Both the position numbers and the translations under genes were made by a program. A DNA stretch of 64,000 nt, taken from NCBI GenBank assembly GCA_029558315.1, contig JAKQFQ010000359.1, positions 15,789 through 79,788 of the forward strand. Reading direction: 5' to 3'. Position 1 is the stretch's first letter, and every line of letters begins with the position of its first letter. The notes under the pieces were generated by a model. The model was not told the DNA's origin. It worked only from the letters and a program-made list of their open reading frames with translations, and ran no database searches. This DNA comes from Bacillota bacterium (lineage in GTDB: Bacteria > Bacillota > Clostridia > Lachnospirales > Lachnospiraceae). This document shows, in pieces, positions 55,322 to 63,665 of this stretch.

Positions 55322-56701
55322 ATGCAGGGAAGACATAAAATAGTAGAAAAATGGAAGATGAATAAGCAGGAAGGGCTGGCACTCTTGATTCTGGCAGCCT
55401 TTTACCTCATATTTTGTTTTACCTTTGGAGTGCAGATTTGTGCAGATTCCAATAGTTATATCAAGATGACAACAGCCAGAGAACCGGTATATCCATTGCT
55501 TCTGGCTATTTTTCGTTTCCTTTTTGGAGAAGTAAATTATCTGTTTTTTGTTGTAGTTTTTCAAAACCTGCTGATGGCTTATGCGGTCTGGAAAATTGTA
55601 ATATTTTGTACGCGAAAGTTTCAGCTGAAATGGTTCCTTACCTATGGAATGATCTTGTTTCATTTTGCGGTAGCTTTCTTATGCCAGTTTGCTGCAGGAC
55701 GAGCTTCTATTTATCCCAACAGTATTTTGACAGAGGGAATTACATTATCCTTATGGCTTCTGTTTATCTGTAAGCTCCTTGAGGCATTGTATTCTGGAAA
55801 AATTAAACCAGTTGTAGGCGCAATGATTCTGGCAGCCATTATGATGGATACCAGAAAGCAGATGGCAATCACATATATTGTAATATTCGCAACATTGCTT
55901 TTGGGATGGATTGGAAGTAAAGGATATCTGAAAAAAATGGGAATAACATTGGGGATGATTCTGCTCAGCATATTATTGGCAATTGGTGGAACGCGTCTCT
56001 ACAATTATTCATTACATGGTGCTTTTGCCCAGAATACAAGAGATATGAATCTGGTACTGACCACGACGCTTTATGTTGCGGATCGTGAAGATGCCGCTCT
56101 AATTGAAGAAGAATCAGTAAGGAACTTATTTATTACTGTATTTGATATCTTAGATGAGGAAGAGTGCAACTATCGTTATGCAGGCGAAGGCTGGAGAAAC
56201 CTTGAGGCACATTATGGTGCTCACTATGATACAATTACGGTGGATACAACCGGTCCGATGTTCATTGAGTATGCAATTGCAGAAGGATTTGCAGAAGGAT
56301 TGCCGGCGGAACAGGAAGCAGACCGTATGAGTGCGGTGATTGTCCAATCACTTTTAATAGACAATCTTTCCACCTATGCATCTGTATATTTATCTTCAGC
56401 GTTGAATGGAATGATTAACAGTATTGCGAAGCGAGGCGGTCTGTTAGACTACTACGCTTTATTCGCCTATATGATTTATCTAATTCTTATGTTAAAATGT
56501 CTTTTGAATAGAGAGAGCCGTACAATTGGGCTAATGGCATTGACAGTCTTTATTGGGATTGCGGTGAATGTTGGTGTGGCAGCAGCTCTGATTTTTTGCC
56601 AGACACGATATATGATTTATAACATGGCATTGTTCTATATGGCACTTTTGCTGATGCTTTGGATTACAGGCAGCAGCTTTTTCGAAAAACGAAAGAAATA
56701 G
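55322..56701 (+). CDS. Polytopic membrane protein, ArnT/PMT_2-like GT-C candidate; paralog of 20922-22316
   Basis: Starts the nucleotide after the upstream stop. ADSNSYIKMTTAREPVYPLLLAIFRFLF and ILTEG blocks are shared with the minus-strand gene at 20922-22316. Confidence 0.55.
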   Translation: MQGRHKIVEKWKMNKQEGLALLILAAFYLIFCFTFGVQICADSNSYIKMTTAREPVYPLLLAIFRFLFGEVNYLFFVVVFQNLLMAYAVWKIVIFCTRKFQLKWFLTYGMILFHFAVAFLCQFAAGRASIYPNSILTEGITLSLWLLFICKLLEALYSGKIKPVVGAMILAAIMMDTRKQMAITYIVIFATLLLGWIGSKGYLKKMGITLGMILLSILLAIGGTRLYNYSLHGAFAQNTRDMNLVLTTTLYVADREDAALIEEESVRNLFITVFDILDEEECNYRYAGEGWRNLEAHYGAHYDTITVDTTGPMFIEYAIAEGFAEGLPAEQEADRMSAVIVQSLLIDNLSTYASVYLSSALNGMINSIAKRGGLLDYYALFAYMIYLILMLKCLLNRESRTIGLMALTVFIGIAVNVGVAAALIFCQTRYMIYNMALFYMALLLMLWITGSSFFEKRKK

Positions 56702-56732
56702 AAAGCAGTAAAAAGAAACGGAGAATTACAAA

Positions 56733-58511
56733 ATGAGAGCAATTGGTGATATTTTACACAAGTTAAACTATATCATGAACCGTAAACAGAAACAGCAGTA
56801 TGTATTAGTTACTGCTGCTGCATTTGTCGGATCAATGTGGGAATTACTTGGTGTTACTACGGTACTGCCATTTATTGAGTCTATCATGACGCCGGAAAAA
56901 ATGACTGAAAAGTGGTATGTTAATTTTCTGGTTCGTATTTTCCATCCACAGTCAAACCTTGATATGATAACCATGCTGGGTGTATTGATTATTTGCGTCT
57001 ATATTCTGAAGAATATTTATCTGATGTTTTCATCTTATGTACAGGCATGGTATTCAACAGGTGTACAGAGAGATTTATCAATTAAAATGTCCAATACATT
57101 TCTTCATAGTTCTTATCTGTTTCATCTGAATGTGAATTCCGCTGTGCTGATTCGAAGTATTAACCAGGATGTAGTTGGTGTGTTTGCAGTTTTCTTTTAT
57201 CTGTTTCGTATTTTGGCAGAAGTCTTTACGATTGTGGCAATTAGTGTATATATCATTTATCTGGACCCAATTCTTGCGATCTCGCTAGTTGGAATTCTTG
57301 GTTCATGTATGCTGATTCTTTTCTTTGGATTGAAAAAACTGGTTAAGAGATTTGGAAGGATTGGTCAGGATTGTGATGGTAAGATGCTGCAGTATTTAAC
57401 GCAGGCATTTAACGGAATCAAAGAAATTATGGTAATGAATCGACAGGAATACTTCCAACAAAGCTTTAGTAAATCCTGTACGTTAAGTGCCAAAGCAGCG
57501 AAAAGAAATAATTTCCTGAATGTCATTCCGGTAAATATCTATGAAGTTGTATGTATCGGAGGCCTCATTGGCATTGTAATAATCAGGCTGCATATGAATG
57601 TTGACGTCGCAGAATTTATTACGAAGCTTGCAATCATTGCAGTTGCAGCATTTCGGTTATTTCCTGCAGTAAGTCGGTTGACTACTAATCTGAATGCAAT
57701 CATGTATAATCGTCCCAGACTGGATTCCATGTATGATATGCTAAAAACAATAGAATGTGAAGATGATTATAAACTAAAAGATATTGATGAGAGTAAAGTA
57801 ATTGCTTTGAAATTTGAAAACGAATTATCAATCAATAAAATCACCTGGAAATATCCTTCAGGCCAGGAAGCTGTGTTACAGGATTTGAGTCTTTGCATTC
57901 AAAAAGGACAGTCTATTGCATTGATTGGACCATCCGGAGCCGGTAAGACAACATTGGCTGATGTGATTCTAGGACTGCTCAATCCGCAAAAAGGGCATAT
58001 TCTGCTGGATGGAGTGGATGTTTATGACAACCTGCCCGGTTGGTCTAAGATTATTGGATATGTTCCTCAGGCAGTCTATCTGACGGATGATAATATTAGA
58101 AATAATGTAGCATTTGGTATCTATGAGGATCAGATAGATGAAGACAAAGTCTGGAAAGCACTGGAAGAAGCGCAGTTAGCTGATTTTGTCAGACATTTGG
58201 AGGAAGGTCTGAACACAATGGTAGGAGAGCGAGGGGTTCGTTTGTCTGGCGGACAAAGACAGCGTATCGCGATTGCGAGAGCACTATATGAAAACCCTGA
58301 GATTCTTGTCCTGGATGAGGCAACCAGTGCGTTGGATACGGAGACAGAGACTGCAGTAATGGAATCGATTGATTCCCTGCATGGAAGCAAGACGATGATT
58401 ATAGTGGCACACAGACTGACAACAATTCGTAATTGTGATGCAATTTACGAGATTAAGGATGGAGTCGCAATACGCAGAAACAAAGAGGAAATAGTCGGAG
58501 AGAACGCATGA
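56733..58511 (+). CDS. ABC transporter, fused permease/ATPase half-transporter (PglK/MsbA-like), copy 3
   Basis: GGAGAA RBS. Walker A GPSGAGKTT, LSGGQRQR, LVLDEATSALD. The N-terminal pattern RKQKQQ...WELLGVTTVLP is shared with copies 1 and 2. Confidence 0.85.
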   Translation: MRAIGDILHKLNYIMNRKQKQQYVLVTAAAFVGSMWELLGVTTVLPFIESIMTPEKMTEKWYVNFLVRIFHPQSNLDMITMLGVLIICVYILKNIYLMFSSYVQAWYSTGVQRDLSIKMSNTFLHSSYLFHLNVNSAVLIRSINQDVVGVFAVFFYLFRILAEVFTIVAISVYIIYLDPILAISLVGILGSCMLILFFGLKKLVKRFGRIGQDCDGKMLQYLTQAFNGIKEIMVMNRQEYFQQSFSKSCTLSAKAAKRNNFLNVIPVNIYEVVCIGGLIGIVIIRLHMNVDVAEFITKLAIIAVAAFRLFPAVSRLTTNLNAIMYNRPRLDSMYDMLKTIECEDDYKLKDIDESKVIALKFENELSINKITWKYPSGQEAVLQDLSLCIQKGQSIALIGPSGAGKTTLADVILGLLNPQKGHILLDGVDVYDNLPGWSKIIGYVPQAVYLTDDNIRNNVAFGIYEDQIDEDKVWKALEEAQLADFVRHLEEGLNTMVGERGVRLSGGQRQRIAIARALYENPEILVLDEATSALDTETETAVMESIDSLHGSKTMIIVAHRLTTIRNCDAIYEIKDGVAIRRNKEEIVGENA

Positions 58512-59656
58512 AAATCCTGTTCATCACGCATTATGACAATATGTATGGAGCGAATCAGGCCTTATACCGGCTGATTCGTTGTCTGAAAACAGTGCATGAA
58601 GAAGAACCTATGCTTGTCATACCTGCTACAGGAGAAATGACAGAAGAGATGGACAAATTAGGCGTTCCCTGCCTGATTAGCCCCATCACTCAATGGCAGG
58701 GGGTTTATACTACTCCCGGTAGATTCCTGATTAAGAAAATGATACGTAGGAAAGCGATAGCCAGAGAAGTTGAGAGCCTATATTTACAATTAAAGGATCA
58801 GAACATTGATGTAATACATTCTAATTCAAGTGTAATCGGAACTGGTGCGATGCTGGCTTCCAAGCTGGGATGTCGTCATATCTGGCATATCAGAGAGTTT
58901 TCCAGGGAACATTTTCATATGAAGTATTTCTATGGTATGCGAATGGTTCGAAGGTTGTATGAAAGTGCAGATTATGTAATCGCAATTTCGGATGCTTTAA
59001 AGATGAATTACCTGGAGAAATATCCTAAGGCAAATGTAATTCGTATTTATGATGGAGTGAATTGGAATTCTGTGGAAGAAACACAGACAAAAGAGCGTGC
59101 GCTGGATGCACCCATACGTTTTTGCTATCTGGGCTATCTATTTCCAATGAAACATCAGCTCGAAGTATTGGAAGGATGCAGGCAACTGAATCAGTCAGGT
59201 TTTACTAATTATGAGTTTTGGTTGATTGGTGATGGAAAAGAGAAGTATCAGAAAAAACTCAGGAAAATGATTAAACAGTATAATCTGACACAAGTGAAAA
59301 TGCCGGGATATGTTGAAAACGCGGCTTTGTTATTAAATACGATGGATGTGGGCGTTATTGCTTCAGAGTATGAAGGCTTTGGCCTGGTAACGGTTGAGTA
59401 CATGCTTCATGGTCTTCCTGTAATTGGCTACCGAAGCGGTGGAACAGTTGAAATTATTCAGGATGGAATCACAGGTTGTTTAGTTCATTCGAGGGAAGAA
59501 TTTGTTGCAGCTATGAAGTATATGATGGAGAATCAGGAACGAAGAACACGTATGGGAGAAGCGGGGAAGGAAAGAGCCAAAGTCTGCTTTACAGAAGAAC
59601 AGAATGCTTCACTGATTGCACAGGTATACGAAAAGATAAGGAAAGGAGCAATCTAA
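58508..59656 (+). CDS. GT4 glycosyltransferase
   Basis: ATGA overlap with the ABC gene. ILFITHYDNMYGANQAL; ASEYEGFGLVTVEYMLHGLPVIGYRSGGTVEIIQDGITG. Confidence 0.8.
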   Translation: MKILFITHYDNMYGANQALYRLIRCLKTVHEEEPMLVIPATGEMTEEMDKLGVPCLISPITQWQGVYTTPGRFLIKKMIRRKAIAREVESLYLQLKDQNIDVIHSNSSVIGTGAMLASKLGCRHIWHIREFSREHFHMKYFYGMRMVRRLYESADYVIAISDALKMNYLEKYPKANVIRIYDGVNWNSVEETQTKERALDAPIRFCYLGYLFPMKHQLEVLEGCRQLNQSGFTNYEFWLIGDGKEKYQKKLRKMIKQYNLTQVKMPGYVENAALLLNTMDVGVIASEYEGFGLVTVEYMLHGLPVIGYRSGGTVEIIQDGITGCLVHSREEFVAAMKYMMENQERRTRMGEAGKERAKVCFTEEQNASLIAQVYEKIRKGAI

Positions 59657-59657
59657 A

Positions 59658-60554
59658 TTGTTCATCATAAGATTTCATGGTGGTTTGGGTAATCAAATGT
59701 TTCAGTATGCGTTTTATCAGTATGTGGAAAACTATATTACGAAGGATTTGAAAGCGGATCTAACCTGGTTTGATAGAAATAAAAAGGAACATCAGGGTTA
59801 TGAATTGGAAAAAGTATTCGGAATACGAATGCCGGTAGCAAGCTATGAAGAGGTAGCAAGAGTTCATGAGTATTATCCCAGATATTATCCACTGGCCGGT
59901 TTGCGGTATCTAGCCAGAAATAATGCGGCAAGAAAGAATCGTGGAAGAGATACTACGGCTTCACACATTTTTGATTTTGGCGAGAAACAATATGTTTTTA
60001 ATAATATCTATGAGAGTCTTGATCTGAGTAAAGATTGGTATATTGAGGGTGTATTTTGCTCAGATGCTTACTTAAGAAAATGCGAGAGCAAAGTTAAATC
60101 CAGTTTTAACTTTATAACAAAACTGGAAGGAATGAATCTTTCAGCATCAGAAGCAATGAAAGATTGTGAATCCGTAGCAATACATGTCAGGCGGGGTGAT
60201 TATGTAGGGAATGTTTTTGACATTTTAGATTTATCCTATTATCAAAATGCTGTCGAAGAGATGAAAAAGAGAGTAAAGAAACCTGTTTTCTATATCTTTT
60301 CAGATGATATGGATTACGTTCGGGAGAAGTTTACATTTATTGAAGATGGAATCCCTGTTCATAATGTAGGCCAGGCCAGTTATATGGATATGAAGCTGAT
60401 CAGCTGTTGTAAGCATGCAATTATAGCCAACAGTACCTTTAGCTACTGGGGAGCATTACTGGGAGAGACCCCTGCGAGTATCATTATTGCGCCAAAGAGA
60501 TATAAAGCAGATGAGCAGGTAGCTCTTGCCAGAGGTAATTGGATAAAAATGTAG
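59658..60554 (+). CDS. GT11-family alpha-1,2-fucosyltransferase
   Basis: TTG start with an AGGAG RBS. GGLGNQMFQYAFY, HVRRGDY and STFSYWGA are the three hallmark GT11 (FutC/WbsJ-type) motifs. Confidence 0.85.
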   Translation: MFIIRFHGGLGNQMFQYAFYQYVENYITKDLKADLTWFDRNKKEHQGYELEKVFGIRMPVASYEEVARVHEYYPRYYPLAGLRYLARNNAARKNRGRDTTASHIFDFGEKQYVFNNIYESLDLSKDWYIEGVFCSDAYLRKCESKVKSSFNFITKLEGMNLSASEAMKDCESVAIHVRRGDYVGNVFDILDLSYYQNAVEEMKKRVKKPVFYIFSDDMDYVREKFTFIEDGIPVHNVGQASYMDMKLISCCKHAIIANSTFSYWGALLGETPASIIIAPKRYKADEQVALARGNWIKM

Positions 60555-60569
60555 TATCGTGGAGGATGT

Positions 60570-61511
60570 ATGAATCTTGAATGGAAGTATAAAAGAATAT
60601 ACTGGAAAGTAAGAAAGTATCTGGATGTACATTTAAAGATTCGTTTTTCAAGAAATCGCTATAATGGACAACAGATTTTATCCATAGCGGATACAAACAA
60701 TCAATTGGAGCAACTGATTGTTTCTGGAAAGCCATTTGCTGTTGGAAGAATCGGCGGAACGGAATTGAAAGCGATGGTTGCCTGTCAGAAAGAATTTCAT
60801 GATCTTAAAGAAAAAGAAAGCTGCAGGAGTCTGCTTATATGTCTATCCGGCTTTTATGGTGATATGAAGGAATTTGAGCGCTTTGGAAAACTAATGGAGA
60901 TTTCGCTGAAAGAAATAGATCTGGTTGGAGTCTGGTATAATCAGATGGAAGACTATATGCTGAAGCATTATGCGGCCAATACAACTAAGTATGGGAAGTT
61001 AGAGGGATTAGAGCCGTGGTATTGTAAGGAGAAGCCGTGGAGTCGTGCATTAAAAGGCAAAAAAGTAGTGTGTATTCATCCTTTTGCAGAAAGTATTATG
61101 GCGCAATATGAGAAACGAGAGCAATTATTTCCGGGTTTAGAGATTCTTCCGGAATTTGAGCTTCGTTGTGTGAAAGCAGTGCAGACGTTATTTGGACAGG
61201 AAGATAAGAGATTCGCTTCATGGTTTGATGCCCTGGACTATATGGTAGAAGAAGCGATGAAGGAAGAGTTTGATGTTGCGCTGATTGCCTGTGGTGCATA
61301 TGGATTGCCATTGGCAGCACGATTAAAACAGAAAGGCAAACAGGCGATACATGTTGGTGGTGCGTTACAGCTATTATTTGGTATTCGAGGCAGCAGGTGG
61401 GATGATTTTGAGGAGTTGAATACAGTATATAATGATGCCTGGCAGTATCCATTAGCCTGCGATCAGCTGACGACCGGAAATGATAATGTTGAGAATGGAT
61501 GTTATTGGTAA
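60570..61511 (+). CDS. Hypothetical protein, possible GT-D-fold (DUF1792-like) glycosyltransferase
   Basis: ILSIADTNNQLEQLIVSGKPFAVGRIGGTELKAM resembles the DUF1792 N-terminus (ARFGDGE) as I recall it. C-terminal IACGAYGLPLAARLKQKGKQAIHVGGALQLLFGI. Confidence 0.3.
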   Translation: MNLEWKYKRIYWKVRKYLDVHLKIRFSRNRYNGQQILSIADTNNQLEQLIVSGKPFAVGRIGGTELKAMVACQKEFHDLKEKESCRSLLICLSGFYGDMKEFERFGKLMEISLKEIDLVGVWYNQMEDYMLKHYAANTTKYGKLEGLEPWYCKEKPWSRALKGKKVVCIHPFAESIMAQYEKREQLFPGLEILPEFELRCVKAVQTLFGQEDKRFASWFDALDYMVEEAMKEEFDVALIACGAYGLPLAARLKQKGKQAIHVGGALQLLFGIRGSRWDDFEELNTVYNDAWQYPLACDQLTTGNDNVENGCYW

Positions 61512-62659
61512 TGGAGCAAAAGAAAGAACAGAAGAAAGTATTAATTGCAAATGGATGCTTTTATCTTGGAGTTCTCTGTGAACTCCTTGTTTCTGTATCC
61601 GGCTATGCGTACGGAGGATATAAGGAACCTTGGATTATTATCCTGGGAATGCTGTTATTCTCTGTAAAAATTCTTCTGACTATGCATTTGAGACAGGACT
61701 GGCCGGTGTTCCTTGGCTGTGCGGTATTTGGACTTCTCTGTTTCTGCTTTCAAGGTTCGGCGTTAGTGTTAAGGATTGCACTGATTTTATTAGCCGGAAG
61801 AGATCAACAGGCGAAAAAAGTGATGAAACTCTTTTTCTTTGGAACATTGGCAATAATGATTATAACAGCGATTTTATCGGTGTTGGGACTCCATAATACG
61901 ATGAGTCTGACGCAGGTATTTCGAAATGAACCAGAGACCAGATACTGTTTTGGATTTTTTCATCCGAATGGATTTTCCTTTTTCTGGATGAAAGTACTTG
62001 CTCTTGGATTTTATTGTTACTATGATCGCTTAAAGTGGTGGGGATATTTCATCATCTGCAGTTTGGGCTTTGGCTTGTTTTTGCTCGCAAACTCCAAGAC
62101 GGGAATTGCAGGGTGTATCTTATTGATGATGGGTACAATTGTAATCCGCTATTGTCATAAGACGTGGGTGAATCAATTGATTTATTATGCCGGAGGAATT
62201 TTGATGGCATCAGAGATTGCCCTGGTACTTATTACGATGTATTTTTTTGAAGCACAACCGGGAACAACAGCAGGTGTCGGAATCTGGAATGTCTTTAATA
62301 TTTTGACCACCGGCCGTTTCTATTTTATTCATAAAACAGCAATGGAAGTCCCGCTTCCATGGTTTGGATATCAGGGATTTATGGAAGCCACGGAGGTTGG
62401 TTTTGTGAATGCCCTTTATAATCAGGGAATTCTCTTCTTTAATATTTACCTTGTGATTTTAGTATGGATTTACCGTAAAATGTATCAGAAGAAGGATTCT
62501 ATGGGAATGCTGTTGATTGTTGTATTTACCTTTTATTCACTGGGAGAAGCCTTTCTTCCGTATGTTAATAAAAATGTAGTATTAATGCTATGCATCGGAG
62601 TGATTCCGGCATTAACATTGAAAAGAAGTAAAGATAAGGCGGTGGCAGAACATGAATGA
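61499..62659 (+). CDS. Polytopic membrane protein, Wzy-like oligosaccharide repeat-unit polymerase candidate
   Basis: About 10 hydrophobic segments. FHPNGFSFFW...LLANSKTGIAGCILL resembles O-antigen polymerase loops. An alternative start at ATG 61511 overlaps the upstream TAA. Confidence 0.45.
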   Translation: MLLVMEQKKEQKKVLIANGCFYLGVLCELLVSVSGYAYGGYKEPWIIILGMLLFSVKILLTMHLRQDWPVFLGCAVFGLLCFCFQGSALVLRIALILLAGRDQQAKKVMKLFFFGTLAIMIITAILSVLGLHNTMSLTQVFRNEPETRYCFGFFHPNGFSFFWMKVLALGFYCYYDRLKWWGYFIICSLGFGLFLLANSKTGIAGCILLMMGTIVIRYCHKTWVNQLIYYAGGILMASEIALVLITMYFFEAQPGTTAGVGIWNVFNILTTGRFYFIHKTAMEVPLPWFGYQGFMEATEVGFVNALYNQGILFFNIYLVILVWIYRKMYQKKDSMGMLLIVVFTFYSLGEAFLPYVNKNVVLMLCIGVIPALTLKRSKDKAVAEHE

Positions 62660-63665
62660 AATGCGAAAGATTAAGATCAATTATGTGGATTTCTGGCCGG
62701 GATTGGACAAGAAAGATAACTTTTTCTATAATATTCTGGTTCACTATTATGACGTGGAAATCAGTGATTCTCCGGATTATGTTTTCTGCAGTTGCTTTGG
62801 GAATGAACATTTCAAATATACCAACTGTGTAAAGATCCTATTTCTTGGAGAAAATATAGTTCCTGATTTTAATCTTTATGATTATGCAATGGGATTCCAC
62901 TATATTGATTTTGAAGATCGATACTTACGATTGCCGCTTTATGTATTGTATAGTAAAAAAATTATTAATGCTGCACTTACGAAGCATACATTTACAACCA
63001 AGTATTATCTTGAAAAGAAAAAGTTTTGCAATTTTGTTATTTCGAATCCTTATGCAGCAAGTGAGAGAGATGCTATGATTGATGCGCTAAATCAGTATCA
63101 GACGGTTGATTCTGGCGGAAGATATCGAAACAATGTTGGGGGACCGGTTGCTGATAAAATGGAATTTGTTAAGAATTATCGATTCACAATGGCATTTGAG
63201 AATTCATCCATGAATGGATATACAACGGAAAAGATACTGGAGGCATTTGCGGGAGATACCATTCCGATTTACTGGGGAAGTTCCAGAATTGCTGAGGAGT
63301 TCAATCCGGAGGCATTTATAAATTGTCATGCGTATTCCTCGTTCGATGAGGTGATACAACGTGTTCGAGAGATTAATGAGAACGAGGAATTGTATTTACA
63401 GATGATAACTGCACCAATGGTTACGAAAGAGAGCCAGGCAGTACAATATTTAGAAGATGGATATGCAGATGCTTTTTTAAGAAGAATTTTTGATCAACAA
63501 CCACAAATGGCTATTCGAAGAAATATGGTATATATAGGACGTGATTATCAGAAACGTTTAAGTGATGATAAGAAGATAGAAAGCATTTTGAATGTGATTC
63601 GTAAACCAATACACTTATGGAATAAAAAGAAAGCACAATGGAAATCGAGAAAGGATAAGAAGTAA
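62652..63665 (+). CDS. GT10-family alpha-1,3/4-fucosyltransferase
   Basis: YRFTMAFENSSMNGYTTEKILEAFAGDTIPIYWGS matches the GT10 core (H. pylori FutA: FNLCFENS..GYVTEKI..A....IPIYWG). KILFLGEN upstream block. Confidence 0.85.
   Translation: MNEMRKIKINYVDFWPGLDKKDNFFYNILVHYYDVEISDSPDYVFCSCFGNEHFKYTNCVKILFLGENIVPDFNLYDYAMGFHYIDFEDRYLRLPLYVLYSKKIINAALTKHTFTTKYYLEKKKFCNFVISNPYAASERDAMIDALNQYQTVDSGGRYRNNVGGPVADKMEFVKNYRFTMAFENSSMNGYTTEKILEAFAGDTIPIYWGSSRIAEEFNPEAFINCHAYSSFDEVIQRVREINENEELYLQMITAPMVTKESQAVQYLEDGYADAFLRRIFDQQPQMAIRRNMVYIGRDYQKRLSDDKKIESILNVIRKPIHLWNKKKAQWKSRKDKK

Noticed and set aside
55214-55663. 149-aa minus-strand ORF spanning the GT2 / GT-C-like gene junction
   Set aside because: It is antisense to two tightly abutting + strand genes, it is Lys/Phe-rich and low-complexity, and no promoter or RBS is visible.
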